From assembly GCA_020719045.1 (NCBI GenBank), contig DYQY01000001.1, positions 128,198 to 192,197 of the forward strand: a DNA stretch of 64,000 nt. The letters run 5' to 3'. Under the pieces are notes generated by a model that was not told the origin of the DNA, did not search any database, and saw nothing but the letters and a program-made list of their open reading frames with translations. Below are positions 38,941-49,741 of the stretch, one piece after another. The translations under genes were made by a program, and so were the position numbers. Origin of the DNA: Candidatus Termititenax sp. GTDB lineage: Bacteria; Margulisbacteria; Riflemargulisbacteria; GWF2-35-9; DYQY01. The stretch's first letter is position 1, and each line of letters opens with the position of its first letter.

Positions 38941-41532
38941 TTATAGTTCTGATAGTTTGGTTTCAATAAGCTTTAATTTAGCTTCATTTTCTTCTAGAGA
39001 CTGTTTTTGTTTTTCTATAACTTCAGGAGGCGCATTATCTGTAAAGCCTTTGTTGCCAAGCTTGTTTTTTAGACCAATAATTGTAGCAGAAATCTTTTCA
39101 GCTTCTTTTTGTAGTTTTTCTTTTTCTTTACCAGTATCAATAAGTCCAGCTAGAGGAAGATAGATTACAGTGTTTTCTGAAACAACAGCATAGGCATGTT
39201 GTTCGCTTGGGGCAGAGCTTGTTTCTAGAAAACTTGTTGCTTCAAGTCCAGCTAGCATTGTTATGTATTGTTCATATTCAGATATATTTGGTATCGTTGA
39301 ACAAACAAGTAGGTTTCCTTTTCTGCTTCCAGCGATATTTTTTTCAGCTTTTATGTTTCTAGTGCTTTTGATTATTGATTTTGCTTCTTCAAAGACAGAA
39401 GAATCAAAGGATGAAGATGCTGTTTCTGGCCAAGCAGAAAGCATGATAGATGTTTTTTCTATATCATCAAAAAGCGGATGGGTTTTAAGTTGTTGCCAGA
39501 TTTCTTCAGTAATAAAAGGAATAATCGGATGAAGCAACTTAAGTACTCCGTTTAGTATGTAGATAAGCGTTGGTTGTGATTCTTTTTTGGTTAGCTTTGT
39601 CATTTCAATATACCAGTCGCAGAACTCGTTCCATACAAACTCGTAAAGCTTTTCTACAACAAAATTAAATTCAAATTCATTATAGTATTTATCAGTCTCA
39701 TCAGTAATTTTTTTGAAAGTTGAGAGTATCCATTTATCAGCATTGGTTGCTCCAATTTCGCCAGAAGTTTCTGGTTCTTGCATCAGGATGTATCTTGAAA
39801 CGTTCCATAGTTTATTAACAAAGTTTCTGCTTGATACTAGCTTGTCATCCATTAGCCTAATATCTTGACCACCAGAGGTTACAAGCGATGCAAGTGTAAA
39901 CCTTAGTACATCAGCACCTTTTTCTTGGATGATAATAAGCGGGTCTATAACATTGCCAAGGGATTTGCTCATTTTTCTTCCTTCGGCATCTCTTACAAGG
40001 CCGTGAATATAAACCTTTCTAAAAGGAACATCGTTCATATTAAATAGCCCCATAGTAATCATTCTAGATACCCAGAAAGTTATGATGTCATAACCAGTAA
40101 CTAGTACACTAGTTGGATAAAAATCTTTTAAGTCTTGTGTGTTTTCAGGCCAGCCAAGCGTAGAGAAAGGCCAAAGTGCAGAAGAGAACCAAGTATCAAG
40201 TACGTCTTCATCTTGTTTTACATTTTTGCTTCCACAATTACAAGAGGTAACCTCTGTAGCTGATACTGTTTCGCTACCACAGTCTTCGCAGTACCAAACA
40301 GGGATACGGTGGCCCCACCATATTTGTCTGGAAATACACCAAGGTCTAATATTTTCCATCCAGTCAAAATATAGTTTCTCCCATCTTTCAGGGATAAACT
40401 GGATGTCTTTATTCTTTACAGTACTAATTGGTTTCTCTACAAGCTGTTTCATATCAATGAACCATTGTTTAGAAAGATAAGGTTCAATCGTTGTATCACA
40501 TCTGTAGCAATGACCAACAGCATGGCTATGCTCGTCTGTTTTTTCTAGTAGGCCTAGTTCTTCAAGGTCTTTAATGATTTGTTTTCTAGCAATATATCTA
40601 TCTTGGTTTTGATACTTAGCAGGTGCATTTTCGTTCATTACTGCACTGGTATCCATAACAATAACTTTTTCAAGACCGTGTCTTAGTCCTATTTGAAAGT
40701 CATTTGGGTCGTGGGCTGGTGTTACTTTGACAGCGCCTGTACCGAATGTTTTATCAACATGATGGTCTGCAAGGATAGGGATTCTTTTGTTAGTTAATGG
40801 AAGCAAAAGCTCTTTTCCTATGAGTGATAAATATCGTTCGTCAGACGGATTAACAGCAACAGCAGTGTCGCCAAACATGGTTTCTGGGCGCGTAGTTGCA
40901 ACAGTAATGAATGTTGAAGGGTTGCTTGCTACGGGGTACTTAATGTGCCACAAATGACCTTGTTCATCTTTATGATCAACCTCGATATCAGAGATAGCAG
41001 TATGGCATCTAGGACACCAGTTAACAATGTAAGTGTCTCTGTACAGAAGTTTCTCATTATAAAGCCTGACAAAGTTTTCTTTAACAGCCTCACTTAGGCC
41101 ATCGTCCATTGTGAATCTTTCGTGCTCCCAATCACAAGAAGCTCCAAGTTTTCTAAGCTGGCTGGTTATTCTGTTGCCATATTCCTCTTTCCATTGCCAT
41201 ACTCGTTCAACAAACTTTTCTCTGCCTAGTTCTTCACGGCTTGAGCCTTGTTTTTTGAGTTCTTTTTCTACAACGTTTTGGGTTGCAATGCCAGCATGGT
41301 CGGTTCCAGGAACCCACAATACACGGTCACCTTTGAGCCTATGATATCTAGCAATAATATCTTGTAGTGTATTATCTAGAGCATGTCCGAGATGAAGTGC
41401 TCCAGTGACATTTGGTGGAGGTATTACCATAGAAAATGGTTTTCCTGTTTTCTTTGGGGTAAAGTATTTGTTGTCTTCCCATATTTTATACCATTTATCC
41501 TCTACGTGTTCGTGGTTATAGTTCTTTTCCAT
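38941..41532 (-). CDS. valS: Valyl-tRNA synthetase
   Basis: Class I HIGH (PNVTGALHLGH) and KMSKS (KMSKSLGN) motifs, with a C-terminal coiled-coil. Length 863 aa. Confidence 0.95.
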   Translation of the reverse strand: MEKNYNHEHVEDKWYKIWEDNKYFTPKKTGKPFSMVIPPPNVTGALHLGHALDNTLQDIIARYHRLKGDRVLWVPGTDHAGIATQNVVEKELKKQGSSREELGREKFVERVWQWKEEYGNRITSQLRKLGASCDWEHERFTMDDGLSEAVKENFVRLYNEKLLYRDTYIVNWCPRCHTAISDIEVDHKDEQGHLWHIKYPVASNPSTFITVATTRPETMFGDTAVAVNPSDERYLSLIGKELLLPLTNKRIPILADHHVDKTFGTGAVKVTPAHDPNDFQIGLRHGLEKVIVMDTSAVMNENAPAKYQNQDRYIARKQIIKDLEELGLLEKTDEHSHAVGHCYRCDTTIEPYLSKQWFIDMKQLVEKPISTVKNKDIQFIPERWEKLYFDWMENIRPWCISRQIWWGHRIPVWYCEDCGSETVSATEVTSCNCGSKNVKQDEDVLDTWFSSALWPFSTLGWPENTQDLKDFYPTSVLVTGYDIITFWVSRMITMGLFNMNDVPFRKVYIHGLVRDAEGRKMSKSLGNVIDPLIIIQEKGADVLRFTLASLVTSGGQDIRLMDDKLVSSRNFVNKLWNVSRYILMQEPETSGEIGATNADKWILSTFKKITDETDKYYNEFEFNFVVEKLYEFVWNEFCDWYIEMTKLTKKESQPTLIYILNGVLKLLHPIIPFITEEIWQQLKTHPLFDDIEKTSIMLSAWPETASSSFDSSVFEEAKSIIKSTRNIKAEKNIAGSRKGNLLVCSTIPNISEYEQYITMLAGLEATSFLETSSAPSEQHAYAVVSENTVIYLPLAGLIDTGKEKEKLQKEAEKISATIIGLKNKLGNKGFTDNAPPEVIEKQKQSLEENEAKLKLIETKLSEL

Positions 41533-42167
41533 TAAAGTCCTTCTTGAACAATGAAGCTATTTAGAATATCTTTTATTGTTTTGCTATAACGTTTCCAGGT
41601 GTCTTCATGAGCTTTTGCTGTTACGATATAAACCAAGTTAGGTTCTTTCACATATACATCTTCCGCAGAGATTGTAGTATAGAAACTTAAGTCTTCAGTT
41701 AGTTCTTGCCTTCTATAAACAGCGCTTATCTTTTCACTTACTCCAAGCTTTAATGCATCAGCATAGCTTAGGTGTTTTGATGCTAGGACATCCCATCTAT
41801 CCCAAACAGCTCCACCTCTATAATGATAAACAGTACTTGCTGTTATTGTTTCAACTGCTGGATAGGCGCGAAGTGTGATTGTTATGTCGTCACCGTTCTT
41901 AGGAGTAGCAACTAAACGGAAATCACCAGATGAAGCGTCAAAGGTCCAAGTTGCAGGAAACACTAAAGAGCAATTCATTGCGTCAAAGCTAAATTTCTTT
42001 TTTGCAGAAGTTGTTTCGACTACAGGTTCACTTGGTGGTAATACAATTGTTTCAGTGGTAATAGTTTGTTGAGTTAATGAGTTTAGGCTTTTTATGATAA
42101 TGACCTGCTCATTTTCAGCAAATACCATGCATGATAATAGGACTAGTATTAAAAGGAACTTTTTCAT
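41532..42167 (-). CDS. Hypothetical lipoprotein or secreted protein
   Basis: Signal peptide with lipobox LLSC. Its stop overlaps the valS start (TAATG). Confidence 0.5.
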   Translation of the reverse strand: MKKFLLILVLLSCMVFAENEQVIIIKSLNSLTQQTITTETIVLPPSEPVVETTSAKKKFSFDAMNCSLVFPATWTFDASSGDFRLVATPKNGDDITITLRAYPAVETITASTVYHYRGGAVWDRWDVLASKHLSYADALKLGVSEKISAVYRRQELTEDLSFYTTISAEDVYVKEPNLVYIVTAKAHEDTWKRYSKTIKDILNSFIVQEGL

Positions 42168-42251
42168 GTCTGTATTTTACCCCACCCAATATGTTGAGTA
42201 AAGCAAAGTATGGTTTTGCATAAGCAACAAATTTACTGATATACTAGGCTT

Positions 42252-42761
42252 ATGATTAAAAGAATCCTTATATGTTGCTTATGCTTTCTCTCTTTTGCGG
42301 TTAGTGATGTGTTTAAAAACAGTTCATCTTTAATATTTACGTTGCCAACCAATAAGTGGCAGTTTGAGTTTAGTCCAGAAAGGTATGGGGTCAGTGCTGC
42401 AGGGTTTTTGGCAGGGCAGAGATGGACTAGTTCCCCAGTAATTATGTATTGTGAGATTATTCCAACTAATTATCAATTTGAGATATTTACAAAGATACAG
42501 AATTTTAATAAAACAAGTAAAGTTAAGGATGCAAAATATCAGCAGTCAAACATGAAGATTAACAGCGCAGTTCCTTATGAGATTACATTTTGGTCAGTGA
42601 AGGATATGGTTTATGAGTATGTTGCATATTTTTCACTTAACAAGGAGCTTGTAGCATCCATAGTGATGAGCTCTAAACGTGAGGATATTTTACGTTTGTA
42701 CGCTGAAGACTATCGAACAGTTTTAAATAATTTTGCTAAGATAGCCAGAGGGTATAAGTAA
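42252..42761 (+). CDS. Hypothetical secreted protein
   Basis: N-terminal signal peptide. No recognisable domain. Confidence 0.45.
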   Translation: MIKRILICCLCFLSFAVSDVFKNSSSLIFTLPTNKWQFEFSPERYGVSAAGFLAGQRWTSSPVIMYCEIIPTNYQFEIFTKIQNFNKTSKVKDAKYQQSNMKINSAVPYEITFWSVKDMVYEYVAYFSLNKELVASIVMSSKREDILRLYAEDYRTVLNNFAKIARGYK

Positions 42762-42766
42762 GAAGT

Positions 42767-43561
42767 CTATTTCTTAAGCGAAAGCTTAGCTTTCTTCCAA
42801 AGAGCATCCATTTCCTCTAACGAAGCATCTTTTAGGGTTTGTCCTTGTGTCTTTAATTCATCTTCAATAAAGCCAAACCTTTCCATAAATTTGTTGTTAG
42901 AAAACTGTAGTGCTTCTTCTGGGTCTATGTTAAATTTTCTAGCAAGGTTAACAAGCGAGAATAATGCATCTCCAATCTCTTCCTTAATGCCAGCAAGATT
43001 GTTGTTTTCTATGTCAGCTTTAATTTCTTCTATCTCTTCATGAATTTTTTCCCAAACGCCATTAATATTAGCCCAGTCAAACCCAACTCTGGCTGCTCTT
43101 TTTTGAAGTTTTTCTGCTCTAAGCAGAGCTGGAAGATTCTTAGGAATATTTTTTAATAAGGAGCCCTCTTCTTCTTTTTCCTTTTTTTCTTCTTGCTTGA
43201 TTTTGTCCCAGTTTGTCCAAACATCGTCAACAGAGTTAACTGTTGCAGTAGAGAAAACGTGTGGATGACGACGTATCATTTTGTTCTTTATCTTTTCAGT
43301 GACAGAGGCGAGAGTAAAGGAGTTGTTTTTTTCAGCAACAGCAGCATGGAAAACAATATGAAAAAGTAAGTCCCCAAGCTCCTCTTCCATTTTTGCAAAA
43401 TTATTTTCATCAATAGCCTCTAAAAACTCATAGGTTTCTTCTATCAAGTAATGCTTTAGTGATGAGTGTGTTTGTTCTCTATCCCAAAGGCATCCTTCTG
43501 GCGATAAAAGCTTGAGCATAACGTTTCTAAGGTCTTGATACTCTTCTAAATATTTTTCCAT
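42767..43561 (-). CDS. mazG: Nucleoside triphosphate pyrophosphohydrolase MazG
   Basis: Two MazG EExxE/D motifs (EETYEFLEAI…; EEIGDALFSL). Length 264 aa. Confidence 0.85.
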   Translation of the reverse strand: MEKYLEEYQDLRNVMLKLLSPEGCLWDREQTHSSLKHYLIEETYEFLEAIDENNFAKMEEELGDLLFHIVFHAAVAEKNNSFTLASVTEKIKNKMIRRHPHVFSTATVNSVDDVWTNWDKIKQEEKKEKEEEGSLLKNIPKNLPALLRAEKLQKRAARVGFDWANINGVWEKIHEEIEEIKADIENNNLAGIKEEIGDALFSLVNLARKFNIDPEEALQFSNNKFMERFGFIEDELKTQGQTLKDASLEEMDALWKKAKLSLKK

Positions 43562-43565
43562 AATT

Positions 43566-44537
43566 TTATTGCTCCAAAGGTTCTAATTTGTAATCATTGT
43601 CATTTTGAGAAGAAAAGATGTTAGACACACTAAAATCTTCAGGTGGGAACATTTTGGCATTAAGCACAATCTTGCATGAGCTTAATTGTTTTTTGAGCCA
43701 AGACTTATACGCAGTGTTTTTCTTTTCAGTAATCATAGCGTTTTTAATTAGCTCAGGAACAGCATTTATATCCATTCTGGAAGAGTGAAGCTTTATGCTA
43801 CAGAGATTATTTTCGTCGTAATCTATAATAGGAGAGAAGTTGTGTGGAACTAGCATATTTAGAAGGTCTCCTACGCTTTCAGGTAATTCTTCTATGCTTA
43901 TATCTTCTTTGTATTTAGAGAGCTCTTTATTAACGTTTATTTTTGCCCAGTTTATGTTCTGGTTATGTAGAACAGACTGTAAGTAGGCTTTATTGGATGT
44001 CACAATTAAGGTGACATTGTATTTGCGCGGAGGTTCTCCAATAGAGTTTTTTGCGTAATGTTCTTTTATTTCTTCTGCACTAACAGAGTCAGTTGAAGAA
44101 GTAAGTGTGTTTGTAATTTTAGTTTTAAGTAGCTCTTTTCTTAAGCCAGCAGAAAGGTCATCGAGAGTTATTTTTTGTTCTTTCAAAGTTTTCCAGAAGC
44201 TTTTTGGGTCAGGAAATCCTTGTTTTATTTGTTCAATTTTTTCTTGAACTTCAGTGTCATTTACTGTGATATTATTCTCTTTCGTATATTTATTAGTTAA
44301 AGCGGTTTCAACTAGCTCTTCGATTACTGCTTTTTTTATTTCTTTCATTTCGAGTTGTTCAATAGTATCGTTTTGGAAAGTAAGATAGGATCTGTAATTG
44401 TTCATAAATTGATTCTGTAGAAGATTAAACTCTTTAACAGAGATTGGAATTGTGTCTATCGTTAATGCTGGTTCTACTGCAAAACTCATCGAAAGAGCTA
44501 GTGGTATAAAGATAAATTTGGAAAAACTTCTTATCAT
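43566..44537 (-). CDS. SurA-N-like periplasmic chaperone-domain protein
   Basis: Signal peptide and K/E-rich helical protein. The resemblance to the SurA/PpiD N-terminal domain is weak. Confidence 0.35.
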   Translation of the reverse strand: MIRSFSKFIFIPLALSMSFAVEPALTIDTIPISVKEFNLLQNQFMNNYRSYLTFQNDTIEQLEMKEIKKAVIEELVETALTNKYTKENNITVNDTEVQEKIEQIKQGFPDPKSFWKTLKEQKITLDDLSAGLRKELLKTKITNTLTSSTDSVSAEEIKEHYAKNSIGEPPRKYNVTLIVTSNKAYLQSVLHNQNINWAKINVNKELSKYKEDISIEELPESVGDLLNMLVPHNFSPIIDYDENNLCSIKLHSSRMDINAVPELIKNAMITEKKNTAYKSWLKKQLSSCKIVLNAKMFPPEDFSVSNIFSSQNDNDYKLEPLEQ

Positions 44538-44597
44538 AGCCTAATTATATCATTATTTCTTGTCAGATAGAGTAGTTTTTTATACTATTGCTTTACA

Positions 44598-45206
44598 ATG
44601 AAAATATTTACTGTTCAGGTAGGGTTTATCGATACTAACTGCTATATTCTTATAGATGCTATTGGAAGTTGTTGGGTAATAGACCCAGGTAGTGAGCCAA
44701 ACAAGATTACAGCTATTTTGAGTAGAGAAAATGTCATTCCAACCAAGATACTTCTTACTCATGGTCACTTTGATCATATAGAAGCCGTTTCAAGACTAAA
44801 GGAGATGTACCCAGAGATTAAGGTGTATGTTCACGGTGAAGATGTTCCATTTTTAACTAATAATCCTATTTGGGAAAATTATCTTGGGAGACCGTTAACG
44901 AGTGCTTCATATAACGTGATAGTAAACGAGGGTGACACAATTCAAGAAGGTGAGTTATCTGCCTCGGTTATTGCTACTCCTGGTCACTCAGCAGGGTCAG
45001 TTTGTTATTTGATTGGTGATAGTCTTTTTACCGGGGATACTTTATTTGCTTATGGAGGCATTGGTCGGACTGATTTATGGAATAGTTCTCCAGCAGCAAT
45101 GCGTTCATCTTTAAAAAAGTTATTTTTACTTGAGCAAAAATTAAAGGTTTTCCCTGGACATGGACCAGCATCAACTTTGGAGCATGAACTTTTAATAAGG
45201 GGGTAG
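44598..45206 (+). CDS. MBL-fold metallo-hydrolase (glyoxalase II-like)
   Basis: Motif HxHxDH as LLTHGHFDHI. Length 202 aa. Confidence 0.8.
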   Translation: MKIFTVQVGFIDTNCYILIDAIGSCWVIDPGSEPNKITAILSRENVIPTKILLTHGHFDHIEAVSRLKEMYPEIKVYVHGEDVPFLTNNPIWENYLGRPLTSASYNVIVNEGDTIQEGELSASVIATPGHSAGSVCYLIGDSLFTGDTLFAYGGIGRTDLWNSSPAAMRSSLKKLFLLEQKLKVFPGHGPASTLEHELLIRG

Positions 45207-45211
45207 TAAGA

Positions 45212-46102
45212 TTGGAACTTGTTTCAGTCCTGATTATTAATTATAGGACACCAGAATTAACGCTTCAGTGTGTTAATTCTTTGTTAAAAATAGAGACTTA
45301 TTCAAATTTTGAGATTTTGGTACTTGAAAACGGGTCAAAAGATGAAAGTTATGAGTTTCTTAAGAAGAATCTTCCTAAAACAGTAAAATTAGTGTTGTCT
45401 GAGGATAATTTAGGTTTTGCAAAAGGGAATAATTATTTAGAGAAGCATGCAAAGGGTAAGTATATATTATTCTTAAATAGTGACACTTATTTAACTAAAA
45501 GCTTATTAAAAGAATTAGTATCAGTGCTTAAGGAGAATGAAAAAGTAGCAGTAGTTGGACCAAGAATATTGAATCCAGATAATTCAATTCAACCATCTGT
45601 GTTTAGATTCCCTTCTATTTGGGAGTCTTTTTGTTATTGTAGTTTTCTTGCGGTTATTTTAAAACCAATAGTTTTATTTGGTGGGTTTGATGCTTTTAAG
45701 TATGACAAACAAAGGAAAGTAGGATTTGTTTCAGGAGCATGTATGCTTATTAGCAGGAAAGATTTTGATTTAATTGGTAAGTTTGATGAAAGGTTCTTTA
45801 TGTATGCCGAAGAAACAGACCTAGCATATCGACTTCATTTATTAGGAAGATTTTGCTTGTTTTCGCCAACTGGAGATGTTGTTCATTTAGGTGGAGCAAG
45901 TTCTAAAGAAAAGATAACAGAAATGTTTGTTTTGAATAGAAAACGGTATTTCTTAAAACATTTTGGAGCTTTTGGGAGCAAGTTTATTATCTTAGAGCTG
46001 ATGATTGGTTTTTTGTTAAGAGCAATTGTGTTTATATTTGTTAATCATAGAAAAGCCAAAGAATATTTTAATAAATATATAGCATATGCACATGTTCTAT
46101 AA
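45212..46102 (+). CDS. Family 2 glycosyltransferase
   Basis: GT-A fold N-terminus (…SVLIINYRTPELTLQCVNSL…ILVLENGS…). Confidence 0.75.
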   Translation: MELVSVLIINYRTPELTLQCVNSLLKIETYSNFEILVLENGSKDESYEFLKKNLPKTVKLVLSEDNLGFAKGNNYLEKHAKGKYILFLNSDTYLTKSLLKELVSVLKENEKVAVVGPRILNPDNSIQPSVFRFPSIWESFCYCSFLAVILKPIVLFGGFDAFKYDKQRKVGFVSGACMLISRKDFDLIGKFDERFFMYAEETDLAYRLHLLGRFCLFSPTGDVVHLGGASSKEKITEMFVLNRKRYFLKHFGAFGSKFIILELMIGFLLRAIVFIFVNHRKAKEYFNKYIAYAHVL

Positions 46103-47375
46103 AGTAATTCTGCCTGCAATAGTTGCTCTTTTTTTAGGAGCATTGTTCTATATATTGCCAAGTAATTTTGTTTTATTTCTTATTGCTGGTGTTGCAGGCG
46201 CTGCTTTTTTGTTTTTTAATTCCAAGATAGGAATTGGATTATTAGCTGTTGCAGCTTTGTTTCCATTTTATAGGCAAATAGGGCCAGCTATAGTGCCTCT
46301 TGTTGATGTTTTATTATTGTCCGTGTTTGTTCCATGGCTACTTATTACTGCGTTATATAGTAAGATGATACAAATTCCCAAAATACTTGGTTCTATAATC
46401 TTTATGTTGGTTGTATTTGCAGGGACAGTGTTTATTGCTCATGATAAAGCCACCACTATTAAAGAAATATTGCAATTGGTGCTCTTTGCAATTATTTATA
46501 CCTTAACTATCTATAATAATATTAGTAGCATAAGCATAGTTAAGAAAATGATGGGTTTTTTGTCAGTAGGAGTAGCTTTATTAGGGGGGCTAGCTGTTAT
46601 TCAATTTTTACAAACACGTTCTGTTATTGGAATATATGTGTTGGGGCTACATAAAAACGCATTAGGTGGCTTGATGAGCTTGGCTTTTCCTTATGTTTTA
46701 ATGAAAGTATTTACATCTGAAAAAAAGTTAGGTTGGATAATTATTGCTGTTTTTAATGGTCTAGGTTTGATGGTTTCATTATCGAGAGGTGCTTGGTTGG
46801 GTGCATTTGTGGGAGTATTAATAATTTCTGCCTTTTTGGGAAAAAAGTATTTTAGAACAGTTTTTCTTGCAGTATGTATTTTATGGTTAGCATTTGTTTT
46901 TTTTATTCCAAGTAATTTTAAAGAGGCAGCTACAAGTATTAAAACATTAAGTGATAGGCAGGTTTATTGGCAGATAGCAACCAGTGGGTTTTTGAAAAAT
47001 CCAATATATGGTTGGGGGTATGCAAATTACAAGTATGCCGCATATGAGTATCTTGGAATAAGAAAGGGTAATTTGTTTCTTTCTATTGATCCGCACAATA
47101 TGTTGTATCGGTTTGCGGTTGAGACCGGGGTAGTAGGGTTAAGTGCATTTTTTGTTTTTTCTTTGGTTTTGTTTAGGCGAGGATATATTGCTATAGGTGT
47201 AGCAAGGAATAAAACAGAAAAGTGGTATTTACTTGTAGGTATCTATGGAGGACTATGGGCGTATTATGTTCATGGTCTTTTTGATGTTTTTTGGACAAGG
47301 GGAGCAGGTTCCCTGTTTTGGATATATGTAGGACTTATATCTGTTTTGGCTGAGAGGAAACTTAGTAGTAAATAA
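46086..47375 (+). CDS. O-antigen ligase / Wzy-like polytopic membrane protein
   Basis: Ten or more transmembrane segments and the Wzy_C-like motif …SLSRGAWLG…. Confidence 0.7.
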   Translation: MHMFYKVILPAIVALFLGALFYILPSNFVLFLIAGVAGAAFLFFNSKIGIGLLAVAALFPFYRQIGPAIVPLVDVLLLSVFVPWLLITALYSKMIQIPKILGSIIFMLVVFAGTVFIAHDKATTIKEILQLVLFAIIYTLTIYNNISSISIVKKMMGFLSVGVALLGGLAVIQFLQTRSVIGIYVLGLHKNALGGLMSLAFPYVLMKVFTSEKKLGWIIIAVFNGLGLMVSLSRGAWLGAFVGVLIISAFLGKKYFRTVFLAVCILWLAFVFFIPSNFKEAATSIKTLSDRQVYWQIATSGFLKNPIYGWGYANYKYAAYEYLGIRKGNLFLSIDPHNMLYRFAVETGVVGLSAFFVFSLVLFRRGYIAIGVARNKTEKWYLLVGIYGGLWAYYVHGLFDVFWTRGAGSLFWIYVGLISVLAERKLSSK

Positions 47376-47447
47376 CTTTGGTTTTGATTTGTTGTGGTTG
47401 ACTTCCTTATCTATTTTGTGATGAAATATATTTAGGGAAAGTAAATT

Positions 47448-48641
47448 GTGGGGGATTTTTTGACAAGTGTAGCGTTTGTAGTTGATTCTATTCCAATTTT
47501 TGCTGGTGTACAAAGATATGTTCTTAACAGTTGTATTGGGCTTAGAAATACTGGATTTCAACCGTATGTTGTTTTAAGAAAAAATGATAAGTTCACAGAG
47601 CATCTTAGAGCTAATCAGATAGAATATTTTGAATATTGTGGAAATATTCTTCATCCTCTTAACTTGATAAGGATTGCATTGTTTTCTCGTTCAAGAAAGA
47701 TAAAGATAGTTCATTCTAATATGGGGATGTCTGCTATTGCGGTTGCCTTGCTTAAGCCTTTTATTGCAGCGAAGAAACATGTTTTTACTCAGCATTTTGT
47801 TCATCCAGCTAGTAGTCAGAGTAGCGCGCTGAAGAGATGCGTTGCTAAAGTTTTGTTTATGTGGGTTTATGGTAGCCACGATAATGTGATTGCTGTTTCA
47901 GAAGAGGTAAAAAAAGCAATAATTGATAGGAAAGAAGTCAGCCGCAAGAAGGTAGAAATGATTTGGAACGGTATACCAGCCAATCAAAAAACAAAGAGAT
48001 TTTTAGAAGCTAATGGCTCTATAACTTACATGATAAATAAGGAACAAAAAATAATTGAAAAAGTTGTAAAAACAAATAATGCTGTAAAGAATCAAGTAAG
48101 CAAGATTAAGAAAAGCAAACCAGTATTACTAATGGTATCTCGATTAGAGCCTGACAAGAATGTTCATGAGGTAATTGATATTATGGATAGCATTAAAAGG
48201 GAAGGTTATGATTTTAAGTTTTTCCTAATAGGTGCAGGAAGTTTGGAACAAGCCATTAAAGATAAAGTAAATGAATATGGCTTAATGGAACATGTGTTTA
48301 TTACAGGCCAGGTAAAGGATGTTGAGGCTTATTATCAGCAAGCAGACATTCTTGTTCACCCTGTTTTCAATGAAGCATTTGGTTTTGTGTTGGTTGAGGC
48401 AATGTCATATAGGCTACCGGTAATTGCGATTAATTCTGGTGGGCCTAAAGATATAGTGGTGAATAATGAGACAGGATTTCTAGTGGAAGACATGCAAGAA
48501 CTAAAAAGCAAGATTAAGCAGATGCTTATTAATATGGACTCTGTTTCTATTATGGGAGAGAGGTCCTATTCAAGATATATAGAGCAGTTTACCTTGGAAA
48601 GAATGTCAGCAAGAATGTCCGAAGTATACCTTGGTAAATGA
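47448..48641 (+). CDS. Family 4 (GT-B) glycosyltransferase
   Basis: E-X7-E region …FGFVLVEAMSYRLPVIAINSGGPKDIV. Confidence 0.8.
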   Translation: MGDFLTSVAFVVDSIPIFAGVQRYVLNSCIGLRNTGFQPYVVLRKNDKFTEHLRANQIEYFEYCGNILHPLNLIRIALFSRSRKIKIVHSNMGMSAIAVALLKPFIAAKKHVFTQHFVHPASSQSSALKRCVAKVLFMWVYGSHDNVIAVSEEVKKAIIDRKEVSRKKVEMIWNGIPANQKTKRFLEANGSITYMINKEQKIIEKVVKTNNAVKNQVSKIKKSKPVLLMVSRLEPDKNVHEVIDIMDSIKREGYDFKFFLIGAGSLEQAIKDKVNEYGLMEHVFITGQVKDVEAYYQQADILVHPVFNEAFGFVLVEAMSYRLPVIAINSGGPKDIVVNNETGFLVEDMQELKSKIKQMLINMDSVSIMGERSYSRYIEQFTLERMSARMSEVYLGK

Positions 48642-49741
48642 GGATACTGGCGGTTGGACATTGTTTTGTAAACCATGATAACGCCAAATTTTTAACAATC
48701 CTTGCGAGACGGGGGCATGTTGTTAAGATAATTTCTCCAGAGTATTGGTTAGAAAATTCCCAGAAAATGTTTCAGAAGAAAATCGATGAGTTAGTAGAGA
48801 TTCAAGTGCTTCCAACAGTCCTTAAGAGTAATTTGACAATATATTTTTATTTGTTTGGGTTAACCAAACAGGTTATTAGATTTAAGCCAGATGTGATTGA
48901 GTTTTTTGAGGAGCCGTGGAGTTTTTCCCTTTTCCAGATATGTATATTGAAAAGACTATTTTTTAGGAAAATACCAATTGTTTGCTATAGTGCTCAAAAT
49001 ATATATAAAAATAGATGGTTTCCTTTTAATTTTATCGAATGGTTCAACTTGAAGACAATTAATGCTATCCACGTATGTAACACAGAGGTAGTAAAAGTGC
49101 TTAGAGAAAAAGGGTACAAGAGAGCTATTGAGATGATTCCTTTGGGTATAGATTTTGGAAAGTTTTCTTTAAAGCAATTAGTAGCTACTGATGTTCTTTC
49201 AGTAGGGTTTTCAGGCAGATTTATTAAAGAGAAAGATATAATAACTTTGATTAAAGCAACAGAAGGGCTTTCAGGGGTTAGACTTTTATTAGCAGGCAGT
49301 GGTCCAGAGGAGGAATCCCTAAAAAGATATGTTCATGATAAAAAGCTATCAGAACAAGTTGAGTTTTTTGGTGTTATTCCGTTTGAGAAGGTAGAAGAGT
49401 TTTATCAGAAAATTGATGTACTTGTGCTTCCTACTATTGGTTCAAAATCATATAAGGAACAGTTTGGCAGAGTATTACTGGAAGCAATGGCGGTTGGTTG
49501 TATTGTTATTGGATCTAACGAGGGGTCAATCCCAGAGGTAATTGAAGATAAAGGTTTGATATTTCAAGCTGGAAACGTTGAGGATTTAAAGGCAAAGATT
49601 ATTGAGGTTAAAAAGGATTTAACGAAGCTTAATAGAAATCGATTAGCTATTAGGGATTGGGTAATTAAAAAGTATTCATGGGACAACGTAACGGATATGT
49701 ATGAGTCAATGTATAAGGGAGTCAGCAGTGATAGGGTTTAA
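48638..49741 (+). CDS. Family 4 (GT-B) glycosyltransferase
   Basis: …EQFGRVLLEAMAVGCIVIGSNEGSIPEVIED. Overlaps the upstream gene by 4 bp. Confidence 0.8.
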   Translation: MRILAVGHCFVNHDNAKFLTILARRGHVVKIISPEYWLENSQKMFQKKIDELVEIQVLPTVLKSNLTIYFYLFGLTKQVIRFKPDVIEFFEEPWSFSLFQICILKRLFFRKIPIVCYSAQNIYKNRWFPFNFIEWFNLKTINAIHVCNTEVVKVLREKGYKRAIEMIPLGIDFGKFSLKQLVATDVLSVGFSGRFIKEKDIITLIKATEGLSGVRLLLAGSGPEEESLKRYVHDKKLSEQVEFFGVIPFEKVEEFYQKIDVLVLPTIGSKSYKEQFGRVLLEAMAVGCIVIGSNEGSIPEVIEDKGLIFQAGNVEDLKAKIIEVKKDLTKLNRNRLAIRDWVIKKYSWDNVTDMYESMYKGVSSDRV

